Origin: Verrucomicrobiales bacterium
GTDB lineage: Bacteria > Verrucomicrobiota > Verrucomicrobiia > Limisphaerales > UBA9464
Length of the DNA stretch: 57,315 nt
Reading direction: 5' to 3'
NCBI GenBank assembly: GCA_005805505.1
Contig: SYMJ01000188.1
Span: 1 to 57,315 of the forward strand
The stretch's first letter is position 1, and the number at the start of each line of letters is the position of its first letter. Of the stretch, positions 14,942 to 24,538 are shown piece by piece. A model generated the notes under the pieces. It was not told where the DNA came from and did not search any database. It saw only the letters and a list, made by a program, of their open reading frames with translations. A program made the position numbers and the translations under genes.

Positions 14942-17614
14942 TTAGGAAAAGAGGTCCAGCTGGGGTGGCGGTGTTAGCTCTTGCAGCGCATCGCGCTCCA
15001 GACGACGAACCCTTCGCGATCGGCTACTGCTAGGATCGGTTTCACCCAGAGTTCTACCGTCGGGTACGGCCACGTGTTGCAAGTTGAGTTCAGCCTCTTC
15101 GAGAACTCTCAGGATGGTTTTGGCGCGATCGATGACCGACCGAGGTACCCCGGCCAGTCGCGCCACTTGGATGCCGTAGCTCTTGTCGGCGGGTCCGGGC
15201 TGAATCTTGCGCAGGAAGATGATTTGATCATTCCACTCCCGCACGGCGACGTTGTAGTTCCGTACTCGTTGCAGTCGGCCTGAGGCTCTTTCGGAGACCG
15301 AGTCCTGTGAGTTCTGCGATCCGCTGACGTGAGGCGAGGCGAGCTCGGTCAATTCGTGATAATGGGTCGCAAAGAGGGCCTTGGCTCCGACTTGATGGTG
15401 CAGGTGCTCGACGATGCTCCAGGCCAAGCTCAGTCCGTCGAAGGTGCTCGTGCCACGGCCAATCTCATCGAGAATAATCAGGCTGCGTCGGGTGGCATTA
15501 TTAAGAATATTGGCCGCCTCGCTCATTTCCACCATGAAGGTGCTCTGGCCGCGGGCCAGGTCATCACTGGCGCCAATCCGCGTGAAGATGCGATCGCACA
15601 GGTCGATGCGAGCCGAGGCGACCGGGATGTAGGAACCGGTGTGGGCGAGCACTGCCAGCAGCGCCACCTGTCGGATGTAGGTGCTCTTGCCGGCCATGTT
15701 GGGGCCGGTGATGAGGGCGATTTGGTGGCTCTCCAAATTGAGATCGGTGTCGTTGGGGACGAATCGTTCCTCGGTCATCCGCAACTCCAGCACCGGGTGA
15801 CGGCCTTCTTCGATTTGGATGCGTCCCTCGTCTCGAACCTCCGGCCGGTTCCACCCCTGAATCCGCGCCAACTCGGCGAAGCTGGCCAAGACATCGAGTT
15901 GCCCCAGTGCGGAGGCGGTTTCTTGAATAGACTTGAGGTGGTTGAGCACCTCCTCGCGCAGGCGAAGGAACAAGTCGTACTCCAGTTTCGTGGCCCGTTC
16001 TTCGGAGCCGAGGATCTTCGATTCCATGACCTTGAGGTCTTGGGTGATGAAGCGCTCGCCGCTGGCCACGGTCTGTTTGCGGACGTAGTCGCCCGGCACC
16101 TTGGCGAGGTGCGATTTGGTGACTTCGATGTAATAGCCGAACACCGAGTTGAAGCCGACTTTCAGCGACGGAATGCCGGTGCGGGCGATCTCGTCTTGTT
16201 GGAGCTTGGCCAGCCAGTCTTTGCCGCCTCGGGCCGCGGAGCGGAGTTCGTCCAACTCCGTGCTGAAGCCATCCCGGATCATTCCGCCCTCCTTCACCGC
16301 CAAGGGTGGTTCATCGGCGACGGCGTGGCCGAGCAGTTCGATGAGGTCGGGGAGTTCGCTGAGCAGGGAGCCCAAGTGTCCGAGCTCCGAGGGTTCGAGA
16401 CTGTCCTCCGTCGCCGGGACCGGGAGGAGGTCGCACTGTGGGGCGTCGGGGCCGGGCAGGGTGGCCCCGGCCACGGCCGCCTTGACGGAGGGTATTTGTT
16501 CCAAGGCCAGTCGCAGCGCGAGAAGGTCCCGCGCATTCCCGCTGCCGAGACTGAGCCGGCTGAGCGTTCGTTCTAGGTCGCGAACCTCGGCCAATCGAGC
16601 TCGGAAGCCGGCCAGGGCGGGCGGATGATCGAGCCAGGATTGCACGGCGTCTTGCCGTCGTCGGATCGGATCTTCGGCGGCTAGCGGTTGGGTGAGCCAG
16701 TCGCGCAATCGACGGGCCCCCATCGGTGTTACGGTGTGATTCAGGGCTCCAAATAGCGTGGTATTGCGGGGAGCATCTGCATGGATGGTTTCCAGGATCT
16801 CCAGATTGCGCAGCGAGATGGAGTCGAGGATGAGGTAGTCGGCCACTTCGTAGAAGCCGAGCCGGGTCAGGTGCGCCACGTCGCGGCGCAAGTGAGTGCT
16901 GAGGTAATGGAGAATGGCTCCGGCGGCCCCGGTGGCTGCGGTGCGGTTGCGCAGGCCAAACCCATCGAGCGAGGCCACCTTGAAATGTTCGCGCAGTGTA
17001 AAGAGGGCCGTCTCGGGCATGAAAACCCAGTCATCATGAGGCGAGAGCTGTGTGCTGTTCTCGCTCAATAATTCCGACAAGCCCTTGGAAGCTCCCGGGA
17101 AGATGAGTTCGGCTGGACGCAGGCGATCCAACTCAGCCAAGAGGGCTTTTTCGCCCGTGAGTTCTGTGAGTCGGAAATCTCCCGTCGTGAGGTCCACGCA
17201 GGCCAGTCCGAAGGTGTTGCCGTGGAGGGCGATGGACGCCAGAAAGTTGTTCCGCTCGGCCCGCAACAGTCGGTCGTCGAAGTGGGTTCCCGGCGACAAG
17301 ATAGAAGTGACTTCCCGCTGCACCAGTTTGCCGGGCTTGGCCTCTTCGGTCTGATCACAAATGGCCACCTTCCGCCCGGCCTTGAGCAGGCGGCCGATGT
17401 AGTTGTTGGCCGCGTGGTGGGGTAGGCCGCACATCGGGATGCCGTTGCGCTGGGTCAGGGTGAGTTGCAGGAGTTGGGAACTCACCACCGCATCTTCGAA
17501 GAACATCTCATAGAAATCCCCCAGTCGGAACAGCAGGAGCACGTCCTTCGGGAGTTCCCCCTTAATACGGCGATACTGCGCCATCATCGGGGTGAGTGTT
17601 ACTTCAGCGGACAT
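14942..17614 (-). CDS. mutS: DNA mismatch repair protein MutS
   Basis: N-terminus TPMMAQYRRIK...FRLGDFYEMFFEDA; Walker A GPNMAGKST; FATHYHEL. A C-terminal beta-clamp-binding-like QLDLF is present. Confidence 0.97.
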   Translation of the reverse strand: MSAEVTLTPMMAQYRRIKGELPKDVLLLFRLGDFYEMFFEDAVVSSQLLQLTLTQRNGIPMCGLPHHAANNYIGRLLKAGRKVAICDQTEEAKPGKLVQREVTSILSPGTHFDDRLLRAERNNFLASIALHGNTFGLACVDLTTGDFRLTELTGEKALLAELDRLRPAELIFPGASKGLSELLSENSTQLSPHDDWVFMPETALFTLREHFKVASLDGFGLRNRTAATGAAGAILHYLSTHLRRDVAHLTRLGFYEVADYLILDSISLRNLEILETIHADAPRNTTLFGALNHTVTPMGARRLRDWLTQPLAAEDPIRRRQDAVQSWLDHPPALAGFRARLAEVRDLERTLSRLSLGSGNARDLLALRLALEQIPSVKAAVAGATLPGPDAPQCDLLPVPATEDSLEPSELGHLGSLLSELPDLIELLGHAVADEPPLAVKEGGMIRDGFSTELDELRSAARGGKDWLAKLQQDEIARTGIPSLKVGFNSVFGYYIEVTKSHLAKVPGDYVRKQTVASGERFITQDLKVMESKILGSEERATKLEYDLFLRLREEVLNHLKSIQETASALGQLDVLASFAELARIQGWNRPEVRDEGRIQIEEGRHPVLELRMTEERFVPNDTDLNLESHQIALITGPNMAGKSTYIRQVALLAVLAHTGSYIPVASARIDLCDRIFTRIGASDDLARGQSTFMVEMSEAANILNNATRRSLIILDEIGRGTSTFDGLSLAWSIVEHLHHQVGAKALFATHYHELTELASPHVSGSQNSQDSVSERASGRLQRVRNYNVAVREWNDQIIFLRKIQPGPADKSYGIQVARLAGVPRSVIDRAKTILRVLEEAELNLQHVAVPDGRTLGETDPSSSRSRRVRRLERDALQELTPPPQLDLFS

Positions 17615-17825
17615 CCGCTGGAGGTTAGGAAAGTCGCTCTGAAATAAAAAGCGGGCAGGTGGTGTGTTCGATGAAAGGAGAGATTCTGAAGTTGGGGCAT
17701 CCCACTCGGTTTAGGCTGTCAGTAAGACCCGCCCACAACCTGAGCGCACCCTAGGTCGTAGACCGGGAACCTCCGGGGTTTATTTTGTGTTCTCGCAGAA
17801 ATAGTGTCCCTTTCACCGCCGCGTC

Positions 17826-20800
17826 ATGAAAATCCCGAGAGCTTGCAATTGTTTTGTCACCGCTGTTGTTGCCGCTCTCTCTTGGGTGGGGGAGACAGTG
17901 CTCGGTGCGGACGATCCCGACCTGGCCTTGGGCGTCCGCACGAGCGAACCCGTGAGTCCGGCTGATCAGGCGAAGGCTTTCCGATTACCGCCCGGATTCG
18001 AAATTCAGTTGGTGGCCAACGAGCCCGACATCCACAAGCCCATGAACCTCGCTTTCGATGCGGCGGGTCGGCTTTGGGTCACGACCAGTATCGAATACCC
18101 CTGGGCTGCACCCACCAATCGGGTCGGTCGGGACCGGGTGATGATCTTCGAAGATTTTGGTTCAGACGGTCGCGCCCGCAAGGTGACCCAGTTTGCCGAG
18201 GGTCTGAATATTCCCATCGGGGTGTATCCCTTTCGCACCGACAACAGCCATTGGAAGGCGCTCGTTTGGAGCATCCCCCATATCTGGCTCCTTGAGGACA
18301 CCGATGGCGACGGCAAGGCCGACAAGCGAACCCCGCTGTATGGGCCCTTCGATCACACCCGGGACACCCATGGCAACCAGGCCTCGTTCCGCCGCGGCTT
18401 CGATGGCTGGCTTTATGCGACCCACGGGTTCAACAACGACTCCCATGTCACGGCCCGCGACGGCAGTCATGTGGATTTGAACTCGGGCAACACCTACCGC
18501 ATCCGCCTCGACGGTTCCCGTATCGAGCACCACACGCACGGTCAGGTGAATCCGTTTGGTCTCACCTGGGATGCCCGCGGAAACCTCTATTCCAGCGACT
18601 GCCACAGTGCGCCGCTCTACCAGTTGCTGACCGGCGGTTGGTATCCCAGCTTCGGTAAACCCCACGACGGACTCGGCTTCGCTCCAGTGATGCTCGAGCA
18701 CGCCCACGGCAGTACGGCCATCGACGGGGCCGTGTACTACAACGACAACCTGTGGCCGGCCGAATATCGCGACACGCTCTTCATCGGCAACGTGATGACC
18801 AGCCGCCTGAACCGCGACACGATCACCTTCAACGGATCCACGCCGAAGGCGACCGAGCAGCCGGATTTTCTCACCACCACCGATCCGTGGTTCCGGCCTG
18901 TCGACGCCACCCTGGGGCCGGATGGCGCTCTCTACATCGCCGACTTTTACAACCGCATCATTGGCCACTACGAGGTGCCGTTGATCCACCCCGGCCGCGA
19001 CCGGGAGCGTGGGCGGTTGTGGCGTGTGGTTTACAAGGGAGCCGACGGCAAGGCCCGGCTGCGGTCGCCGGCCCTGGCCACCGATCTCGACGGTTTGGTC
19101 GGCGAACTGGGATCACCCAGCCTCAGCCGTAGGCTGTTGGCGATGGGAGAGATTCAGGATCGGTTCGGTTCCAAGGCGTTGCCGGCGGTGCGCCGAGCCG
19201 CAGCGAAAGCCCGTGGCCTGAAACCCGGCGCGGGTCCGGAAAGCGCCGACCGTGCCTCTGCGGTGCGGGTTTCCTCCCTGTGGCTCCAGCACCGGTTGGG
19301 TGGCGCTGAGGCTGGCTTGAAGAGTAAGGAATTCTTGGCCGACTTGTCCGATCCGCGGGATTCCTTGATCCGCATTCATGCCCTCCGGTGGATCGCCGAG
19401 CGAGGCATCCTGGCCCATGAAAATGACGCCCAGGCTCGCGGAATGGCGGTGGATACGGAAACGCTGGCCGTCGTTCGAGCTCGGTTGGGTTCGAGTGAGG
19501 GACTGGAAGTCCGCTGCGCCGCCGAGGTCTTGGGGCAGTGGCCGCACCGAGAGAATCTTCGGCCGATCCTGGACGCGCTCAGCCGAACTCCCGCAGCAGA
19601 CACGCACGGGGTTTATGTGCTGCGCAAGGCCCTTCGAGATCACCTCCAAGCCCCGGGCGTCTTCGCTCATGTTTTGTCGCGCAACGACTGGTCGCAATCG
19701 GACCAACGCGCCCTGACTGATGTCGTGCTGGCGGTGCCTTCGGCCGAGGCGGCCTCGTACTTGATCGGTCGGTTGGATCAACTCAACGAGAAGACCGTTC
19801 CCACGTTGGCGGAGGCGTTGCGCCACGCGGCCCGATACGCTCCAGAAAGCCAATGGCCAGCGCTGTCCGGATTCGTGCGGCGGCGTTTTGACAATCAACT
19901 CGATTTCCAGTTCACCCTCTTCCGTTCCATGGATCAGGGACTCCAGCAACGGGGCGCCTCGCTCACTCCGGCCTTGAAGGCGTGGGGGGCCGAACTGGCC
20001 TCTCGTCTCCTGACCTCCGGAGCCGACTCGAGCTGGATCCAGGTGCCGCTGAATCCACCGACGGAGAGCCCTTGGGATTATCAGGAACGTCGGCGGGCCG
20101 AGGGACCACCGCTGCGGGTTCTTTCGAGCCTCGTGCGGGGCGAGCAGAAGACCGGGGTCCTTCGGTCGCCCGAATTCGACCTAGGTGGGGAGATTCGCTT
20201 CTGGCTCTGCGGTCACGACGGCTATCCCGACAAGCCAGCCAAGCAAGTGAACGGCGTGCGGTTGAAGGACGCGGTTTCTGGCGCGGTGCTTCTCGAAGTC
20301 CGCCCGCCCCGGAGCGATACCTTGATTCCGGTGGTCTGGGATACCCGAGCGCATCCGGGGAAGCGCGGCGTGATCGAAGTCACGGACGCCGACACGGGCG
20401 ATGCCTACGCCTGGTTGGCCATTGGTGGGGTCGAGGGAGCACCAGTGCTGCCCACCGCATCGCCCCGCGCCCTGGCCGAACGGGCGGCCGGAGCGGCGGA
20501 ATTGGCGGCGCGGCTTGGGTTGAAGGAGTTGGTGCCCCAGTTGGAGGCGTGGGTGTCCCGTCCCGGCGAACCGGAGCCGCGGGCGGTCGCTGCCAAGGCG
20601 CTCATGGCCTTGGATTCGCTCCGAGGTGTTGCGGTGGCGTCGGCTGTTCTGGCTGATGGCAATCAACCGCAATCGCTTCGGGAACGTCTGGGCGTCCTCT
20701 TGGCCGAGCGCAATACGCCTGAGAGTCGGGCGTCGGTTTCGGCCGCGTTTAAGGCGGCAGCGTATCGAGTACAGATGCAATGGGCCGTCGCCCTGACGGC

Positions 20801-21422
20801 CAACCGCGAGGGAGCCGAGGTCTTCCTGAAAGCGGTGGAGCAGGGGTTGGCCTCGCCGCGGATCCTCCAGCAAGCGGGTGCGCGTGAGCGCCTGCAGCGT
20901 GCCAATCCGGACCGATGGACCGAGCGAGTTGAGAAGCTGACGCGGGGATTGCCCCAGGCGGACGAGGCTCGCGAAAAGCTCCTAGCCGCCCGCCGCGATG
21001 GCTTCGACCGCGCCCAAGCCAAGCCCTCGGAGGGTTTGCGGATCTTCCAGCAGAATTGCCAGGCCTGCCATCAGTTGGGAGGGGTCGGCGGGTTGGTGGG
21101 CCCGCAGCTCACCGGCATCGGCAACCGAGGAGTCGAGCGCTTGTGCGAGGACATCTTGGATCCCAACCGCAATGTGGACCACGCCTTCCGCCAAACCCGC
21201 ATCACCACCCAAGATGGCGACGAACTCGCCGGATTAATGCGCCGCGAAGAAGGGGACTTGCTGGTGCTCGTTGACCCGTCCGGCAAGGAGTTCTCGGTGA
21301 AGAAATCCGCCGTGACTCAAAAGCAGGAAAGCGAGTTGTCCCTCATGCCCGACACCTTCGGCGAGACCCTCAGCCCGGGTGACTTCCACCACCTCCTGGC
21401 CTACCTGCTCTCGCAGCGGTGA
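17826..21422 (+). CDS. PVC-type membrane-bound dehydrogenase-like protein with HEAT-like repeats and C-terminal CxxCH heme-binding domain
   Basis: The N-terminal region matches the Pirellula/Verrucomicrobium dehydrogenase domain (FRLPPGFEIQLVANEP...KPMNLAFDAAGRLWV). The C-terminal cytochrome c motif is FQQNCQACHQLGGVGGLVGPQLTGIG ... SLMP. Confidence 0.8.
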   Translation: MKIPRACNCFVTAVVAALSWVGETVLGADDPDLALGVRTSEPVSPADQAKAFRLPPGFEIQLVANEPDIHKPMNLAFDAAGRLWVTTSIEYPWAAPTNRVGRDRVMIFEDFGSDGRARKVTQFAEGLNIPIGVYPFRTDNSHWKALVWSIPHIWLLEDTDGDGKADKRTPLYGPFDHTRDTHGNQASFRRGFDGWLYATHGFNNDSHVTARDGSHVDLNSGNTYRIRLDGSRIEHHTHGQVNPFGLTWDARGNLYSSDCHSAPLYQLLTGGWYPSFGKPHDGLGFAPVMLEHAHGSTAIDGAVYYNDNLWPAEYRDTLFIGNVMTSRLNRDTITFNGSTPKATEQPDFLTTTDPWFRPVDATLGPDGALYIADFYNRIIGHYEVPLIHPGRDRERGRLWRVVYKGADGKARLRSPALATDLDGLVGELGSPSLSRRLLAMGEIQDRFGSKALPAVRRAAAKARGLKPGAGPESADRASAVRVSSLWLQHRLGGAEAGLKSKEFLADLSDPRDSLIRIHALRWIAERGILAHENDAQARGMAVDTETLAVVRARLGSSEGLEVRCAAEVLGQWPHRENLRPILDALSRTPAADTHGVYVLRKALRDHLQAPGVFAHVLSRNDWSQSDQRALTDVVLAVPSAEAASYLIGRLDQLNEKTVPTLAEALRHAARYAPESQWPALSGFVRRRFDNQLDFQFTLFRSMDQGLQQRGASLTPALKAWGAELASRLLTSGADSSWIQVPLNPPTESPWDYQERRRAEGPPLRVLSSLVRGEQKTGVLRSPEFDLGGEIRFWLCGHDGYPDKPAKQVNGVRLKDAVSGAVLLEVRPPRSDTLIPVVWDTRAHPGKRGVIEVTDADTGDAYAWLAIGGVEGAPVLPTASPRALAERAAGAAELAARLGLKELVPQLEAWVSRPGEPEPRAVAAKALMALDSLRGVAVASAVLADGNQPQSLRERLGVLLAERNTPESRASVSAAFKAAAYRVQMQWAVALTANREGAEVFLKAVEQGLASPRILQQAGARERLQRANPDRWTERVEKLTRGLPQADEAREKLLAARRDGFDRAQAKPSEGLRIFQQNCQACHQLGGVGGLVGPQLTGIGNRGVERLCEDILDPNRNVDHAFRQTRITTQDGDELAGLMRREEGDLLVLVDPSGKEFSVKKSAVTQKQESELSLMPDTFGETLSPGDFHHLLAYLLSQR

Positions 21423-21430
21423 GCCTGACA

Positions 21431-21480
21431 GCTTTGGCTTTGCCTTGGCCTTTGCCTTTGCCTTTGCCGTTTGGGTTTGG
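21431..21480 (+). repeat. Degenerate hexanucleotide microsatellite (GCCTTT/GCTTTG)n
   Basis: Sequence is gctttggctttgccttggcctttgcctttgcctttgccgtttgggtttgg. Confidence 0.85.
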
Positions 21481-21483
21481 CGT

Positions 21484-21596
21484 GGGGGACGCCGGGTCGG
21501 GGGACCCGGCCTACAGGGTGACGTCGTGGGTGGGGTAGCGCTGTAGGCCCGGTCCCCTCACCGGGCGTTTACGAACTACCCTCACCGGGCGTTTGT
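21484..21596 (+). repeat. REP-like intergenic element, copy C (3' two-thirds)
   Basis: The string gggggacgccgggtcgggggac..cagggtgacgt.g.gggt.g...gctgtaggcccggt.ccctcaccgggcg matches copies A and B. The tail ccctcaccgggcgttt is duplicated. Confidence 0.65.
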
Positions 21597-21622
21597 GGAC
21601 TACTTTCCGACTTTGCTGTGGA

Positions 21623-22030
21623 TCAGTGTCGCTTCGGCAGGAGGCGCCTCAGGCGGGTGGTGGTTCCTTCACGATCGATCTCGCTGGCGGCTACGGCCAG
21701 CGTGAGTTCTTCCCACGCCGGGCTGTCGGCTTCCGGTTCGAGGCCGTTCAACCTCAGGAACACGAGGCATGCACCGAGTGCCGCCGGCTTGTTACCGTCG
21801 ATGAACGGGTGGTTCTTGCACAAGTAGAACAGGTAGGCCGCCGCCATTTCCGCGAGGTCCGCATAAGGCGACCTGCCCCCGATGCTCGCCTGAGGGGCGG
21901 CAACTGCCGATTCCAGCAAACTCAGTTCGCGCACACCGGTGGAACCTCCGAATTCCGCGATGGCGGTGTCATGAATCTCCCGCACGATTTCCACCGTGAG
22001 ATGAAACGGGTCTTCCGGCATCGCCTTCAT
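21623..22030 (-). CDS. doc: Fic/Doc family toxin (death-on-curing-like)
   Basis: The Fic/Doc core is NHPFIDGNKPAALGACLVFLRLNG, compared with the Doc consensus HxFx(D/N)(A/G)NKR. Its start overlaps the antitoxin stop by 4 nt. Confidence 0.8.
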   Translation of the reverse strand: MKAMPEDPFHLTVEIVREIHDTAIAEFGGSTGVRELSLLESAVAAPQASIGGRSPYADLAEMAAAYLFYLCKNHPFIDGNKPAALGACLVFLRLNGLEPEADSPAWEELTLAVAASEIDREGTTTRLRRLLPKRH

Positions 22031-22254
22031 GCCAGCTTCTTCATCGTCCGGGCATAGTCCTTCAGGGTTTTCCGGATCACCTCCGAAACCTCCTCACGAG
22101 AGGGTCTGGGGCGGAGGGGGGTGAGGGTGATCGTGCCGCCGTCGTGGACCTCCACGTTCACCTGATCGCCCGCCCGCAAATGCGCCAATTCCATCAACGC
22201 GGCATCGAAGATCAATCCCTGCGAATTCCCGATCTTGGAGATCGTTTTGACCAT
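22027..22254 (-). CDS. AbrB/MazE/SpoVT-family antitoxin
   Basis: MVKTISKIGNSQGLIFD...GDQVNVEVHDGGTITLTP is a swapped-hairpin beta-barrel signature. The gene sits upstream of doc and overlaps it. Confidence 0.8.
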   Translation of the reverse strand: MVKTISKIGNSQGLIFDAALMELAHLRAGDQVNVEVHDGGTITLTPLRPRPSREEVSEVIRKTLKDYARTMKKLA

Positions 22255-22257
22255 CGT

Positions 22258-22274
22258 GTAAAACTATGTTTTAC
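22258..22274. promoter_or_regulatory. Perfect palindrome GTAAAAC-TAT-GTTTTAC, candidate antitoxin operator
   Basis: It has 7-bp inverted arms and lies 4 nt upstream of the antitoxin ATG (22252-22254). Confidence 0.4.
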
Positions 22275-22850
22275 CAAGAATCCTGTCAATTCGTGGTGAG
22301 TTCGTTGGTAGGTGAACGTATCCATCCCGCAGTTCCCAGGAGATCGCAAAGGCTGAAGGTTCGGACGGATCAAGGCTGCTGCCTCGGTGCGTTGCCCGCT
22401 TTTATCTCCGCAAAAGCGTTGTTCGCTGGTCGATGGGCGGCAATCGGCTCGCCTCTCGCTCTTCCCGCGACGCACCGTCCAAAAGATTCCGCAATACCAT
22501 CGGTTTCCTCCCAACCGGTTCGCTCCGATTCAGGGAGCGGACAACAGGGGTTGATCGCCGAATAGGTGACGGTAATTCCACAGGGCAGAGTCCGGGCTGA
22601 GGGGGGAACCTGTATCGATGACAGCAGGGGATTCGCCGTAGTTGAGAGGCGGATTCGGGATTTGGAATTCGACAGGTTGCTGCGAGGGAGGCGGGATCGG
22701 TCTTGATCGGTGCCCGCCTATGGATTCGCCGCGAGGGCGCTTTCGGAGGGTTGTCCTTGATCCGGGTTCCGGGTCTTACTTGTCTTGTCTGAACGACGAA
22801 CGAGGACACATCAACGGATCCGCGGCAGGATGCTCGCGTTTCCTGATCCC

Positions 22851-23351
22851 ATGACTGAAATCCACATCCGACGGGCCGTCCGGTCCGACTGCTCCGGCAT
22901 CTTGGACATCTACAACGATGCCGTGCTCAAGACCACGGCGACTTATGACTATGAGCCGCGCCCGCTGGAACACCGGTTGGCCTGGTTCGAGGACCATCAA
23001 CGCACCGGGCACGCTCTCTTCGTGGCCGAGGCGGGCGATGGGCGCATCGTGGGTTGGAGCGCTCTGAACCGGTACCACGACCGGATGGGTTTCCGGTTCA
23101 CGGCCGAGAATTCAATTTACGTGGCCGAAGAATCCCGAGGGCAGGGGTTGGGGGGCCGCCTGCTGGAACCGCTGATTCCCGCCGCGGCGGAGATCGGCAT
23201 CCGGGCTATTCTGGCAGCGATTGATGCTCAGAATACCGTGAGCCTGAAACTGCATGCGCGCTTCGGGTTCGAGCAAGTTGGCCTCTTCAAGCGGGTGGGG
23301 TTCAAGTTCGACCGCTGGTTGGACGTGGCCTATCTCGAACGATCGGTCTGA
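22851..23351 (+). CDS. GNAT family N-acetyltransferase, phosphinothricin-acetyltransferase-like
   Basis: Motifs: IRRAVRSDCSGILDIYNDAV...TATYDYEP and the acetyl-CoA motif RGQGLGGRLL. An alternative start is at 22830. Confidence 0.75.
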   Translation: MTEIHIRRAVRSDCSGILDIYNDAVLKTTATYDYEPRPLEHRLAWFEDHQRTGHALFVAEAGDGRIVGWSALNRYHDRMGFRFTAENSIYVAEESRGQGLGGRLLEPLIPAAAEIGIRAILAAIDAQNTVSLKLHARFGFEQVGLFKRVGFKFDRWLDVAYLERSV

Positions 23352-23477
23352 TCGGTGCACCTCCCACTGGCATCCGGCTTGGTCTTTCGGAAGTCTGCCC
23401 AAGCAACAGCGGCGGCACGCGCGCTTAAAGACGGATTTCTCTGGAGATCGCTTTTTTGAGGCGACCCGTTAGACTTC

Positions 23478-24464
23478 GTGGCGATGGGCAAACCGATCCG
23501 CATTTCCTACGCGTTCATGGCTGTGCTGTTGGTCTTGGTGGGGGTGCTTCAGTTGGCAACCCCGCTGATCACCGCCTTATTTGCCTACTTTGCTCTCAAC
23601 CTGCTCTCACTCAAGCGGAGCCGATGGATTGGACTGACGCTGTTCCTTCTCCTTTTGGTCGCACTCGGAGTCGGCTTCTACAGTTTCGTTAAACACGCTT
23701 ATGTCGTTTTGCCGCAGATCGCCGAAAAAACGATCCCGGCGGTGGTGGAGCTTGCGCAGAAGAACAGTTTAGAACTGCCGTTCACGGATTTGGCCAGCCT
23801 GAAGGTCACCGCGCTAGACATGGTGAAGGCCAAGCTGGCCAACCTGGGGCAGTATGCTCGAATTGTGGCGGTTGAGGCAGTATCGCTGCTCATCGGTCTC
23901 GTGGTCTCCATTAGTCTCTTCTTGAGTCTCAAACTCGATTTCGGGGCTGAACCCGAGGCTGGAGACGACAACCTGTATACGGCCGTCGGGCGTGAGATCG
24001 CAGAGCGTTTCCGGGGGCTTTACGATAGTTTCTCGAAGGTGATGGGAGCCCAGATGCTCATCTCGACGATTAACACCACCTTCACGGCCGGGTTCCTCAT
24101 TTGGAACGGTTATCCCTTTGTCACTGTCGTTATCGGCCTGACCTTCCTCTTCGGCATGTTACCCATCGTGGGCAACCTTCTGAGCAACACCCTCATCGTG
24201 GGTATTGGCCTGACCATCAGCCCCAATATGGCTCTGGCGGCGTTGATGTTCCTGATGGTTCTGCACAAGGGCGAATACTTCCTGAACTCCAAGATCATTG
24301 GTGACCGAATTCGTAATCCGATGTGGTTGACCCTGCTGGGCCTGGTCATCGGGGAGAAGCTCATGGGAATCCCCGGAATGATCCTCGCTCCGGTGATTCT
24401 CCACTTCGTAAAAGTGGAGGTCTCCCGCACTAAGTTTACGCCCCAGACCCCTCCCGCATTCTGA
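23478..24464 (+). CDS. AI-2E family (PerM/UPF0118) transporter
   Basis: It has multiple TM helices. Family-like segments are MLPIVGNLLSNTLIVGIGL and GEKLMGIPGMILAPVILHFV. An ATG is also present at 23484. Confidence 0.6.
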   Translation: MAMGKPIRISYAFMAVLLVLVGVLQLATPLITALFAYFALNLLSLKRSRWIGLTLFLLLLVALGVGFYSFVKHAYVVLPQIAEKTIPAVVELAQKNSLELPFTDLASLKVTALDMVKAKLANLGQYARIVAVEAVSLLIGLVVSISLFLSLKLDFGAEPEAGDDNLYTAVGREIAERFRGLYDSFSKVMGAQMLISTINTTFTAGFLIWNGYPFVTVVIGLTFLFGMLPIVGNLLSNTLIVGIGLTISPNMALAALMFLMVLHKGEYFLNSKIIGDRIRNPMWLTLLGLVIGEKLMGIPGMILAPVILHFVKVEVSRTKFTPQTPPAF

Positions 24465-24538
24465 GCGGCGGGCGCCGATGCGTCGGTCGGTACTCGGGAT
24501 CTTCGCTGGAACGATGGAGTTGGATTAGTCGTTCCGAC

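Noticed and set aside
22589-22597. agtccgggc, reminiscent of the RNase P RNA conserved region (GGAAAGUCCGGGC).
   Set aside because: The flanking sequence and the order of neighbouring conserved blocks (GGGCAG precedes instead of follows) do not fit the RNase P RNA architecture. No matching 3' ACAGAAxCCGGCUUA block was seen.
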